NCBI GenBank assembly: GCA_027460535.1 | Contig: JAPZAR010000027.1 | Coordinates: 240,001-272,000, forward strand | Length of the DNA: 32,000 nucleotides | Source: Candidatus Methanoperedens sp. | GTDB taxonomy: Archaea > Halobacteriota > Methanosarcinia > Methanosarcinales > Methanoperedenaceae | Direction: 5' to 3' | In this document: in pieces, positions 8,767 to 17,462 of the stretch | Layout of the letters: each line of letters begins with the position of its first letter | How positions within the stretch are numbered: the first letter of the stretch is position 1 | Translations under genes and position numbers: made by a program | Notes under the pieces: generated by a model | What the model was told of the DNA's origin: nothing | The model's input: the letters and a program-made list of their open reading frames with translations, nothing else | The model's database searches: none

Positions 8767-9456
8767 ATGTCTCAGACATCCATTAATACCCATACAGACC
8801 CCATTATTCGAAGCAACGTATACAAATTACTCTCGATCGGCTTCCGTTATCCTACGCCCCTACTCTTCAAAACGTTTCAGAATGGAAGATTCTTAGATGA
8901 ACTCATGCATAACATATCCTCAATTCCCGGGCTCAATAACCTTATCCTGGAAAGCTCTCCCATGGCAGGTCGTGAAAAAGATGCTATGAAAGGAATGACC
9001 CTGGCTGAATTCGAGATAAAATTTACCCGGACATTCGACGCTGGTACACCCATACCCCTATGTTCACCGTACGAGGGCCATTATTGCGATAAGCCAAGGA
9101 GCATGGTCATGCTTGAGGTAAGTGAATTCTACAATTTTTTCGGCCTGCACATGAGCCAGGAAGAAGGTAAACGGGAATTTCCCGATCATATCTGTGCAGA
9201 GCTTGAATTCCTGCATTTCCTGACCTTTAAGGAAGCCTTAGGAGAAGGCAAGGGCGAAAAACTCAAAGGATATCTTATGGCGCAGAAGGATTTTCTGGAA
9301 CGACACCTGATACAATGGATTCCTGAATTTTGCCTTAAACTTCAAGATTCAGCAAGTCTGCCTTTCTATGCCTGGCTTGCTCAAATTACATCACGGTTTA
9401 TCTCCTTTGAATTTGAACTGATTACTGCAAATTTAGATGAGTTTAATGAAAAATAA
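8767..9456 (+). CDS. NarJ/TorD/DdhD-family molybdoenzyme maturation chaperone (delta)
   Basis: 229 aa in the fourth position of the operon. Helical, with TorD-family features (YKLLSIGFRYP, FTRTFDAG, EFPDHICAELEFLHFL, FLERHLIQWIPEF). Confidence 0.75.
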   Translation: MSQTSINTHTDPIIRSNVYKLLSIGFRYPTPLLFKTFQNGRFLDELMHNISSIPGLNNLILESSPMAGREKDAMKGMTLAEFEIKFTRTFDAGTPIPLCSPYEGHYCDKPRSMVMLEVSEFYNFFGLHMSQEEGKREFPDHICAELEFLHFLTFKEALGEGKGEKLKGYLMAQKDFLERHLIQWIPEFCLKLQDSASLPFYAWLAQITSRFISFEFELITANLDEFNEK

Positions 9457-9528
9457 GGAATATTTTTTAAAAATATGAATCCGGTCTTTGGATAATCATT
9501 AAGTACTATCCATCCAATAAAATCAGGT

Positions 9529-10503
9529 ATGTTCCCGACAACGCGCATGCGAAGATTGCGCTCATCAAAGTTCCGCCCCATTGTGAGGGAGACGCAGCTT
9601 GAAGTCAAGGATTTGATATGCCCTGTTTTTGTGGATGAGACCATAACGGAACCATCTGAAATAAATTCCATGCCTGGCTATTATCGCCTTCCGCTTGATA
9701 TGGTTGCGGATGAGGCTCAATGCATCCTGGATCTGGGAATTCCGTCAATCATCCTTTTTGGCATACCCGGAGAGAAAGACGAGACCGGGACTCATGCCTA
9801 TGGCGAAAATGACGTAATCCAGAAAGCGATCCGTGCCATCAGGAAGGAGGACGGGGAGGATATTATTATTATGACCGACCTGTGCCTGTGCGAATATACA
9901 TCGCATGGTCACTGCGGAGTGGTGAGCGAAACGCATGAGATCCTCAATGACCCCACGCTTGAGATCCTGGGGATGGCCGCAGTGAGCCATGCGAAAGCGG
10001 GCGCGGATATCGTCGCACCTTCCGGAATGATGGACGGCATGGTGGGTGCCATACGCCGTGCACTCGATGGGAATGGTTTCACGAACACGCCCATAATGTC
10101 CTATGCAGCAAAGTACTGCTCTGTATTCTACGGCCCTTTCAGGGAAGCAGCCGGCTCGGGCTTCTCCTTCGGGGACAGGGCATCATACCAGATGGACCCC
10201 GGGAATGCGGATGAGGCAATGCGTGAAGTCGCGCTTGATATCGAAGAAGGCGCAGATATTATCATGGTCAAACCAGCGCTGCCTTACCTGGACATTGTTT
10301 ACCGTGTGAAAAAGAAGTTCAGGATGCCGACTGCGGCCTATCATGTCAGCGGTGAATATTCCATGATAAAAGCCGCCGCTGCGAAGGGCTGGCTGGATGA
10401 GCGAAAGGCTGTGCTTGAGTCGTTGCTGTCCATAAAACGAGCAGGAGCGGATATGATCCTGACGTATTTCGCCAAAGACGCTGCGAAAATGCTTGGTGAA
10501 TAG
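9529..10503 (+). CDS. hemB: Porphobilinogen synthase (delta-aminolevulinate dehydratase), Zn-type
   Basis: 324 aa with canonical MRRLRSSKFRPIVRET, the Cys-rich Zn site DLCLCEYTSHGHCG, the active-site Lys blocks IMVKPALPYLDI and SGEYSM, and YFA near the C-terminus. Confidence 0.97.
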   Translation: MFPTTRMRRLRSSKFRPIVRETQLEVKDLICPVFVDETITEPSEINSMPGYYRLPLDMVADEAQCILDLGIPSIILFGIPGEKDETGTHAYGENDVIQKAIRAIRKEDGEDIIIMTDLCLCEYTSHGHCGVVSETHEILNDPTLEILGMAAVSHAKAGADIVAPSGMMDGMVGAIRRALDGNGFTNTPIMSYAAKYCSVFYGPFREAAGSGFSFGDRASYQMDPGNADEAMREVALDIEEGADIIMVKPALPYLDIVYRVKKKFRMPTAAYHVSGEYSMIKAAAAKGWLDERKAVLESLLSIKRAGADMILTYFAKDAAKMLGE

Positions 10504-10506
10504 GAT

Positions 10507-11133
10507 TTGGGAAAGTATTATATTCTGGTAATCTCGGCTTTTTTGCTGTTTTCAGGATGTATAGATGAGGCCAATGTCGCTCAACCGGTAGCTGAACAAC
10601 AGGTAACTGAAGTAACCCCCGCCCCATCTCCAACTTCGATCAACCTTCCACCCGCGACTGTCCAGCCGACTACGACAGTTCCAAAACCTGACGAGACGGT
10701 CCAGGGATTCAAGAATAATTCCGTTGCGGCAGAAGTCAATTACAGAAATTACGTCGACTGGTTCACTCATATTAATGTAAATATCAGGGCTTATACACCG
10801 GAAGAATATGTCTGCGGGCAGTATACTGTAGACATGATTAACGCTTCAGAAAAAGCAGGCTTTGTGGCGTATTTCGCAGCGGTGACATTTTCGGATGGCA
10901 CGGGACATGCGCTTGTATCGTTCAAATCAACTGTCTTCGGAACAACCTCGTGGTATTTCTTTGAACCTCAGACCAATAAACTGATGACACCGGAGACGCT
11001 TTCACAGGTGCTCAACCGGAATCTGGGTGAAAATGTCAAAGAAGTTACTGTGTACCGTTACTTCGATGATGCCGGGGACAAAGACCCCACAACATGGGAG
11101 TTCGCCTATCCTCTATTCAATAAAAAATATTAG
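10507..11133 (+). CDS. Lipoprotein with a Pro/Thr-rich linker and a Cys-His (transglutaminase/papain-like) core candidate
   Basis: TTG start 4 nt after the hemB stop gives (M)GKYYILVISAFLLFSGC, a well-formed lipobox. The linker is PAPSPTSINLPPATVQPTTTVPKP. Then come YVCGQYTVDM ... GTGHALVSF ... FFEPQ, which look like a Cys/His/acidic triad. Confidence 0.6.
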   Translation: MGKYYILVISAFLLFSGCIDEANVAQPVAEQQVTEVTPAPSPTSINLPPATVQPTTTVPKPDETVQGFKNNSVAAEVNYRNYVDWFTHINVNIRAYTPEEYVCGQYTVDMINASEKAGFVAYFAAVTFSDGTGHALVSFKSTVFGTTSWYFFEPQTNKLMTPETLSQVLNRNLGENVKEVTVYRYFDDAGDKDPTTWEFAYPLFNKKY

Positions 11134-11565
11134 CTACTGTATCGTAGCTTTCAGGATCTTATCGCCTTTCCTGATATTCGAGGCAACGCTCTGGCCTTCG
11201 ATAACCTGTCCGAAGACCGCATAATTCTTATCAAGGAACTTTGCATCCTCGAGGCAGATATAGAACTGCGAACTTGCGCTGTTCGGGTCCTGCGATCGCG
11301 CCATGCCCACAGCGCCTTTCTTATGCGTGAGCGAGGGTGAGATTTCAAGAGGAATCGTCTTCGACGAGCCTCCGGTACCATTCCCTTTCGGGTCGCCGCC
11401 CTGAATAACGAATCCCGGCTCGACACGGTGGAAAATAAGGCCGTTATAGAAACCTTTTTCTGCCAGGTCTATGAAATTCTTTGTGGTGATGGGGGCTTCC
11501 TTTTCGTGAAGTTCGAATTTTATCGTTCCTTTTACTGTTTCCAATACTGCTGTTCTGTTTGGCAT
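11134..11565 (-). CDS. ppiB: Cyclophilin-type peptidyl-prolyl cis-trans isomerase
   Basis: 143 aa with [22 protein letters not shown] and SQFYICL motifs. Convergent with the lipoprotein gene, with no spacer between them. Confidence 0.93.
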   Translation of the reverse strand: MPNRTAVLETVKGTIKFELHEKEAPITTKNFIDLAEKGFYNGLIFHRVEPGFVIQGGDPKGNGTGGSSKTIPLEISPSLTHKKGAVGMARSQDPNSASSQFYICLEDAKFLDKNYAVFGQVIEGQSVASNIRKGDKILKATIQ

Positions 11566-11678
11566 AAGTATCGAGGAAGCTTAGAGTAGGTCATGGTATA
11601 ATTGCTTTTTGAAATAAACCAAATTATAGATAAAGCTGGCAGTCAGGGAAAAGAAAATAATGATCGGGACTTCGAAAA

Positions 11679-12107
11679 TCACTCTATGATCCTGGCCACT
11701 ATCCCATCAAACCCGCCATCGAAACTTGCCAGGTGTTCGATATCCCTGCTGTTCATCAGTTCTATGGTTGTGCAGTCTGTAAAACTCAGCTTCTTATTGG
11801 CATATTTCACAAAAATATTCCATCCTTTGTTAAGCACTTCTTTATCCACAAAAAGCAAGTTCATGAATTGCGGCATGCCCTTCTCTTTATCTCCCAGTAT
11901 CAAATCCCTGGCTCTTGAAGCATTCCTGACATCTCCCGTTTTGTAAAGCAGGAAAGTCACGACTTCATCAAAAACCGCATTCGAGGTAAATGCAGCTCCA
12001 TGCTTATTTTCCATAATACCGTCAATAAGGTCAGAGGCTTCAGAATGAAGCTTGTCCTTCTCATTTACATAGGCAATGTATATGCCTGCATCGATGAAAA
12101 TGCTCAT
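11679..12107 (-). CDS. vapC: PIN-domain ribonuclease toxin (VapC family)
   Basis: 142 aa. The acidic PIN quartet is in context: FIDAG, FDEVV, SFTDCTT and SFDGGFD. The start overlaps the upstream small gene by 4 nt (ATGA). Confidence 0.85.
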   Translation of the reverse strand: MSIFIDAGIYIAYVNEKDKLHSEASDLIDGIMENKHGAAFTSNAVFDEVVTFLLYKTGDVRNASRARDLILGDKEKGMPQFMNLLFVDKEVLNKGWNIFVKYANKKLSFTDCTTIELMNSRDIEHLASFDGGFDGIVARIIE

Positions 12108-12382
12108 CTTTTGGCCCCGTAAACTACCATGTCTATTTCTTCTTCACTCGTCTCGACGCCCATGTCGCACTGGAGACTTCTTATTTTCTTTTTTTCTTTC
12201 TCTGATAAAGGTAGTTTAGAGAGCCTGCCAAAGAAATTATCCTTTTTTGACCTCACAAATTCGATGAGCCACGAGAACAACTCCTGCTGGGTTATTTTCT
12301 TACCAGTCTTGAGCGTTAATTCAGCTTGAAGCATATCGAATACGTGCTTATCTTTTTCGTAGATTTTGATATTTTCACTCAT
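12104..12382 (-). CDS. vapB: VapB-type antitoxin candidate (92 aa)
   Basis: Small ORF immediately upstream of vapC with a 4-nt overlap. I place the start at ATG 12382 (MSENIKIYEK...) because a TATA-like box sits about 26 nt upstream of it. Track start 12484 would lie upstream of that box. Confidence 0.6.
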   Translation of the reverse strand: MSENIKIYEKDKHVFDMLQAELTLKTGKKITQQELFSWLIEFVRSKKDNFFGRLSKLPLSEKEKKKIRSLQCDMGVETSEEEIDMVVYGAKR

Positions 12383-12402
12383 AAGTAATGAGATAATTTT
12401 AT

Positions 12403-12412
12403 CTTTTATATA
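12403..12412 (-). promoter_or_regulatory. TATA-like box for vapBC (leaderless geometry)
   Basis: The minus strand reads TATATAAAAG, centred about 26 nt upstream of ATG 12382. Confidence 0.35.
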
Positions 12413-12540
12413 CTTTTCTACAAAAATTCGCACCGCCATCTTTGCGGTCTTTGCACCATCTGCGGGAACGCATTGGAGAGCCACAATAAACGTCTTATTA
12501 ATAATAATGTTTCAAATGATTGGGCGAGAACGCTGATAGG

Positions 12541-12548
12541 TATATAAT
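12541..12548 (+). promoter_or_regulatory. TATA-like box for sppA (leaderless geometry)
   Basis: tatataat, centred about 27 nt upstream of ATG 12572. No SD in between. Confidence 0.35.
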
Positions 12549-12571
12549 ATTCAAGAACTATAACTATCTGT

Positions 12572-13405
12572 ATGCAAATCCGTGAATATGCCGGAAAATT
12601 GAGCGATTCAAGGCCTTTTCTGTTGGTCATTTCTGTGGTTGTGGGCATTGTTCTATTCAATATATTCATCGGGATCCCAAAAGTGGGAATAATCACACTC
12701 AACACTCCATTCATGGCGGAAGATACAAAGAGCGATATAGTCAGTATGCTGAAGTACGCGGGGGACGATCCTTCTATTAAAGCCGTAGTTATTAACATGG
12801 ATTCTCCGGGGGGCGAAGTTTCTAAGATCGAGGAAATATATCTTGAGACCCTGAAATTAAGGGCAAAGAAACCAGTTGTGGTCTCTGTGGACAGCAGCGC
12901 ATTGTCCGGAGGATATTATATTTCATCTGCGGCAAACTTCATCTATGTCAAACCGTCATCGGAGATAGGCAACATTGGCGTAATTTCGACATTGCCTGAG
13001 CCCTGGAAACCCGACAGTGTGCAAATAACCACAGGCCCATTCAAGATATCAGGAAAGTCCCAGAAAGATTATACTGCCCAGGTGGAGACCATAAAACAAG
13101 GATTCCTGATGGCGGTGATATCGCAGCGCGGGGATAAACTGCACGTTGATTCGGAGCGCTTATCCCGCGCCGAGATATTCCTCGGATCTGAGGGAGTAAA
13201 ATACGGCCTCGCTGATTCGCTTGGAACAGGGTCAGACGCAATCCGGAAAGCCGCAAGCATGGCAGGCATCGCAAATTACGATACCCTGAACATAAACAAG
13301 GCTATGAACATCTCTTTCAGCGGGAATTTCCACGGTCTTGCCGGACTGAATAAAACCGTAACTCCTGTTAATTACTACATATATGAGGAGACAGAGGAGT
13401 CATGA
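12572..13405 (+). CDS. sppA: Signal peptide peptidase SppA (S49 family, 36K type), N-terminal TM anchor
   Basis: 277 aa. TM segment PFLLVISVVVGIVLFNIFIG, followed by S49 blocks VVINMDSPGGEV and ALSGGYYISSAANFIYV. Confidence 0.85.
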   Translation: MQIREYAGKLSDSRPFLLVISVVVGIVLFNIFIGIPKVGIITLNTPFMAEDTKSDIVSMLKYAGDDPSIKAVVINMDSPGGEVSKIEEIYLETLKLRAKKPVVVSVDSSALSGGYYISSAANFIYVKPSSEIGNIGVISTLPEPWKPDSVQITTGPFKISGKSQKDYTAQVETIKQGFLMAVISQRGDKLHVDSERLSRAEIFLGSEGVKYGLADSLGTGSDAIRKAASMAGIANYDTLNINKAMNISFSGNFHGLAGLNKTVTPVNYYIYEETEES

Positions 13406-14268
13406 ATAAGACACGCTTTGCCCTTGTGGTTATCGCTGTTGTATTCCTGGCGCAGCTTTTGTTCTTCTACAGGGGCATATATCTCCCGCCCCCTGTCAAG
13501 GAACCTGATTTTTTAAGCATCAATGTGATTTCTTCCATTCCGGTCGAGATAAAGGAGAACTTCACGAAAGGCAGCGGGACAGTTCTAATAGATTTATCCC
13601 ACGGAAATAACCTCAATGCAGAGGATTTGAATCTTCTCTTTTCCGGGATAATAGAGAGAGGATACAGCATTGAATATGTCAAAGATGGTTCCAACCTGGC
13701 AAAGAACCTGTCGAATTCCGCTTCCTTTGTGATCATCTCACCCTCAACTCCATTTTCATCGTCAGATGTAAAGGCGGTAAAAGACTTCGTAGCCGGAGGC
13801 GGCCGGATGCTTATGATCTCAGAACCGATAAAGAAAAGTGAAATAAACTCTCTCGCCACCGAATTCGGTATGTTGTTCTGGAACGATTATCTGTACAATC
13901 TGAAAGAGAATGAAGGGAATTTCAAAAATATCTATCTCACGGAATTCGCAGGGAACAATATCACGAGAGGTCTGCATAAGGTCGTTTTTTTCACGTCGGG
14001 TTCTGTTTTCGGGAAAGGTATAATATTTACTGATAACAACACGTATTCTTCTAGCAAGGGAGAAAAGGGGAGATACTCGGTCGCAGCAATGAACGATGAA
14101 AAGAATGTCCTTGCAATAGGGGATGCAACCTTTATGTCCGAGCCTTATGATGTAATGGATAATAAGAGGCTGGTCTATAATATCGCGGATTTCCTTGCCC
14201 CGCCATCGGGTCCAATATCACCTGGCAATGCGAGTGGGAATGCAACCTCCAATGTTACCCGGAAATAA
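13402..14268 (+). CDS. Membrane-anchored DUF4350-like / GATase1-like-fold protein
   Basis: 288 aa. ATGA overlap with the sppA stop. N-terminal TM helix FALVVIAVVFLAQLLFF. Then a pattern like DUF4350/GldG-type domains: VLIDLSHGNN, FVIISPSTPFSSSDVKAVKDFVAGGGRMLMISEP and NVLAIGDATFMSEPY. The C-terminus carries NAS/NAT/NVT sequons. Confidence 0.5.
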   Translation: MNKTRFALVVIAVVFLAQLLFFYRGIYLPPPVKEPDFLSINVISSIPVEIKENFTKGSGTVLIDLSHGNNLNAEDLNLLFSGIIERGYSIEYVKDGSNLAKNLSNSASFVIISPSTPFSSSDVKAVKDFVAGGGRMLMISEPIKKSEINSLATEFGMLFWNDYLYNLKENEGNFKNIYLTEFAGNNITRGLHKVVFFTSGSVFGKGIIFTDNNTYSSSKGEKGRYSVAAMNDEKNVLAIGDATFMSEPYDVMDNKRLVYNIADFLAPPSGPISPGNASGNATSNVTRK

Positions 14269-14303
14269 TAGTCATTAATAAGTGTATAATGGGGATATAA
14301 GAA

Positions 14304-14885
14304 ATGGTCGGAAATGACAAAGCTATAATACCACTTCACAGACCCGGTCTTAAAGAAAAACTTTTTTTCGTTTTCTCAGGTATTATCGTGAGCATACCTC
14401 TCACACTCTTCGTTGATGCATTCTCAAGCCATCTATGCTTCTTTATCCCAATAATTTATTCTGAAATTTGTACATCTTCCATTTTCGTACCATTTATTGA
14501 AGAATTTGCAAAAGCTTACCCTCTTTTCTACCGCCATGGGGAAACCGAAAGATCAATTTTTACTCTTGGATTCCTGACCGGCCTGGGATTCGGAATCACA
14601 GAGTTTTTCTTCTATGTTTTCGGTTCAGGGGCTTCGGTATATGTCAGATTACCTGCCGTACTGTTCCATGCATCCAGCACATCCATTACTGCCTACGGGA
14701 TAGCCACAAGACAACCGATGTTATTCTATCTCATCGCCGCGTTACTGCATCTTTTGAACAACTTTTTCGCTATCGCCGGCTCGATCTGGTTTATAGGAGG
14801 ACCGGCTGTCCTGATAATAACGTATTTCCTTTCCCTGTATCTGTACGGCAAAACATCTGAACGGATCGTATCAGAGGGGTCATAG
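14304..14885 (+). CDS. PrsW/CPBP-superfamily intramembrane metalloprotease candidate
   Basis: 193 aa with about 6 TM segments. Motifs occur in the PrsW order: FIEEFAKAYPLF (EExxK), GLGFGITEFFFY, VLFHASSTS and LLHLLNNFFA (HxxxN). Confidence 0.6.
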   Translation: MVGNDKAIIPLHRPGLKEKLFFVFSGIIVSIPLTLFVDAFSSHLCFFIPIIYSEICTSSIFVPFIEEFAKAYPLFYRHGETERSIFTLGFLTGLGFGITEFFFYVFGSGASVYVRLPAVLFHASSTSITAYGIATRQPMLFYLIAALLHLLNNFFAIAGSIWFIGGPAVLIITYFLSLYLYGKTSERIVSEGS

Positions 14886-15284
14886 CCCTTCGAAATCATA
14901 AGGATATGTGTCTGCAGGGTCATACTCATCCCTGGAAAAGTGAACGAGCTGTGAGTACTCAAGTGCTAAAATCACATGGGCGCATTCCGGGAGCACTGTG
15001 ACCTTATCGCCTGCTTTCATTATTCTTATCAGGCGTTCTTTTGTGCCGGTATGCTCGAATACCGCTTTAACAGTCCCGCTGATAACGTAAAAAGTTTCCT
15101 CGTGATTGATATGATAATGCTTCCCCCTGAAAAACCCTTTTTTGATATCTATAAAAACCAGGTGCCTGAAACATTCCCCGTTCACTATCTGGGATAATTC
15201 CCCGCGTTCTTCCACCATCCTTCGTTCATCTCTCTGGTTCTGGGATGAAGCAAGTGTTTTGAAATGAAGAAATTTTTCCAGCAT
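14880..15284 (-). CDS. Cupin-domain protein
   Basis: 134 aa. The two cupin motifs are spaced as GKHYHINHEETFYVISG and GDKVTVLPECAHVILA. Convergent with the PrsW-like gene, with a 6-nt overlap. Confidence 0.7.
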   Translation of the reverse strand: MLEKFLHFKTLASSQNQRDERRMVEERGELSQIVNGECFRHLVFIDIKKGFFRGKHYHINHEETFYVISGTVKAVFEHTGTKERLIRIMKAGDKVTVLPECAHVILALEYSQLVHFSRDEYDPADTYPYDFEGL

Positions 15285-15319
15285 CGATCACCAGGATAAA
15301 AAGAGTCTCAGTTCGTTTG

Positions 15320-15772
15320 TCAATTTATTTTCTTCACGAGAGGTATCTCATCACATTCGGGGAACTTGGGGCATTTGATGCACATGCTCCAAATCTTATG
15401 CGGCAGCGTGCTCTTCTTTACTCTTACAAAACCCTGCTTTTCAAAGAACTCCGGCGCATAGGTCAAAGTGATAAGTTTATTCAATCCAAGGGTCCGTGCT
15501 TCCTCCTCGCATGCTTTGAGTATCTTTGAACCTATCCCCTGCCTCACCTTTGAAGGCTCGACCGCAAGGGAGAGGATCTCACCGTAATCCTCCCACGTTA
15601 TATGAAGCGCCCCGCAGCCCACCATCTGGTCATTTTCTATGACCACGTAAAAATCTCTCAGGTTCTCATACAATTCGCTAAGTGAGCGGGGAAGCATTAT
15701 GCGCTTATCGGCGTAATTGTTGACAAGTTTCCATATCTTTTCAACGTCTTTGATGGTGGCTTTTCTTAACAA
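15320..15772 (-). CDS. GNAT-family N-acetyltransferase (ArgA-short / COG1246-like)
   Basis: 150 aa with the acetyl-CoA-binding motif VRQGIGSKILKACEEEA and a C-terminal CIKCPKFPEC. The start codon at 15770-15772 is TTG. Confidence 0.8.
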   Translation of the reverse strand: MLRKATIKDVEKIWKLVNNYADKRIMLPRSLSELYENLRDFYVVIENDQMVGCGALHITWEDYGEILSLAVEPSKVRQGIGSKILKACEEEARTLGLNKLITLTYAPEFFEKQGFVRVKKSTLPHKIWSMCIKCPKFPECDEIPLVKKIN

Positions 15773-15775
15773 ATA

Positions 15776-17113
15776 TTATCCTCTTTTTTTAAGCTTTTCG
15801 ACAAGGGATTCCACCTGTTCTACTGCCGTACCTATATAGTTATCCGGCTCCATTATCCTGATTATATCGTTCCCGGACATGTATTTCGACACAGTTTCAT
15901 TTTCGGCCAGAATATCTTTCATGTGCCTTCCCGTTTCACGGGCCGACATGGCGCATTGCCGTACGATCTCATGGGCTTCCTGCCTTCCCACGCCTTTCTT
16001 GCCCAGTTCCATCATTATTGCCTCACCCATGTTCAGGCCGTTGAGCAGGTCCAGGTTCTTCCTGATATTCCCGGGGTAGAAGCGCAGGTTCTGGATAATG
16101 CTTGAAGTCAGGCGTATCACATGGTCAGTAAGGATGCAGGATTCAGGAAATACCACACGCTCGCACGAGGAATTGGTGAGATCCCGTTCATCCCAGAGGG
16201 TGTTATTGCAGAGTTCAGGTTCTACCATCGCCCTCACAATTCTTGCCAGCCCGCAGACCTGTTCCGACTTTATGGGATTGCGCTTATGCGGCATCGTGGA
16301 AGAACCCACCTGCTTCTTGCCAAAACTCTCTTCCACTTCAGCTATTTCGCTCCGTGCAAGGCTTCTTATCTCGATGCATATCTTATCAAGGGTTGTGACA
16401 GTATTCGCCATCCACATCACGAATTCCGCATGCCTGTCCCGCTGTATTATCTGATTCGAAACATCCGCGGCATGGACCCCCAGGAATTCCATTGTTTTTT
16501 TCTGTATCTCAATGCCTTTTTTCCCAAAAGCTGCCTGGGTTCCCACGGCCCCGCTCATCTTGCCAGCTGTGGCCCGCGGCATTAACTGGTCAAGGCGCTC
16601 GATGTGCCTGTCGATCTCGGATGCCCATATCGCAAAACGCAGGCCGTAGGTGGTAGGAATACCGATCTGCCCGTGAGTGCGGCCTGCGCATACCGTGTTC
16701 TTATGGGATAACGCCATATCAAGAAGCAGCGAGCGTAATTTTACCGTCTCTTTTCTAAGGATCAAAACTGCATCTTTTATTTGAAGAGCCGTGGCAGTAT
16801 CCAGGATATCATTGGAAGTGGCGCCGAAATGAACCCATTTCCCCGCATCCCCGGATTGCTCTGCCAGCGCGAGTACCACCGCCATCACGTCGTGGTGGAT
16901 CTCATCCTCTATCTCTTTCACCCTCTCAAGTTTTACTTTTCCTGCGCCCGGGGCTATTTTCTCATCTATTCCTTTGGGGACATAACCTGCGAGCGCCTCA
17001 GCTTTTGCCAGTGCTGCTTCAACAGAAAGCATTTTTTGGAGGCGGTTCTCTTCGGTCCATACCGCTTTCATTTCAGGATGCCCGTAGCGGTACTCGATAG
17101 GGTGGATTGCCAT
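15776..17113 (-). CDS. purB: Adenylosuccinate lyase
   Basis: 445 aa. Fumarate-lyase-superfamily signature GSSTMPHKRNP and the PurB N-terminal YRYGHPEM, TSNDILDT and HGQ blocks. Confidence 0.96.
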   Translation of the reverse strand: MAIHPIEYRYGHPEMKAVWTEENRLQKMLSVEAALAKAEALAGYVPKGIDEKIAPGAGKVKLERVKEIEDEIHHDVMAVVLALAEQSGDAGKWVHFGATSNDILDTATALQIKDAVLILRKETVKLRSLLLDMALSHKNTVCAGRTHGQIGIPTTYGLRFAIWASEIDRHIERLDQLMPRATAGKMSGAVGTQAAFGKKGIEIQKKTMEFLGVHAADVSNQIIQRDRHAEFVMWMANTVTTLDKICIEIRSLARSEIAEVEESFGKKQVGSSTMPHKRNPIKSEQVCGLARIVRAMVEPELCNNTLWDERDLTNSSCERVVFPESCILTDHVIRLTSSIIQNLRFYPGNIRKNLDLLNGLNMGEAIMMELGKKGVGRQEAHEIVRQCAMSARETGRHMKDILAENETVSKYMSGNDIIRIMEPDNYIGTAVEQVESLVEKLKKRG

Positions 17114-17130
17114 GGGAATACTTATTGGCT

Positions 17131-17141
17131 TTTTATTAAAA
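17131..17141 (-). promoter_or_regulatory. TATA-like box for purB
   Basis: The minus strand reads TTTAATAAAAA, about 23 nt upstream of ATG 17113. Confidence 0.3.
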
Positions 17142-17316
17142 GAAACTATCGATATTTGATGACATTACTTGCATACTAGCAGATTTAGTTACACTGACGA
17201 GAGGGACGGAGATAAGTGCAGCGATCGCAAGGATGTAGGGAGGTGGCGCAGGGTTGGTTTACGTATCTCAAATAATTAATAATTATAATTAATCTGTGTT
17301 GGATAAAATAGAAATG

Positions 17317-17326
17317 TTTTTATATT
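17317..17326 (+). promoter_or_regulatory. Candidate TATA box for the giant gene
   Basis: tttttatatt within a very A/T-rich block (17270-17340). It would give a leader of about 170 nt containing the G-run cluster. Several alternative A/T boxes are nearby. Confidence 0.2.
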
Positions 17327-17462
17327 TGTTATAAACTCGTCATGAATTGTAATCGTTCAAAAAGAGCGAGCCGTGCAGTGGATTATGGTGGTAATAACGG
17401 TAACTAATAACATACTCAGTGGGCGTAAGCTTAAGAATAAGGGTGATGGCAATATTATGCGC

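Noticed and set aside
12383-12484. Longer form of the antitoxin ORF (126 aa)
   Set aside because: A TATA-like box at 12403-12412 would lie inside the coding region, and the extra 34 aa have no antitoxin-like character. The short form gives leaderless geometry.
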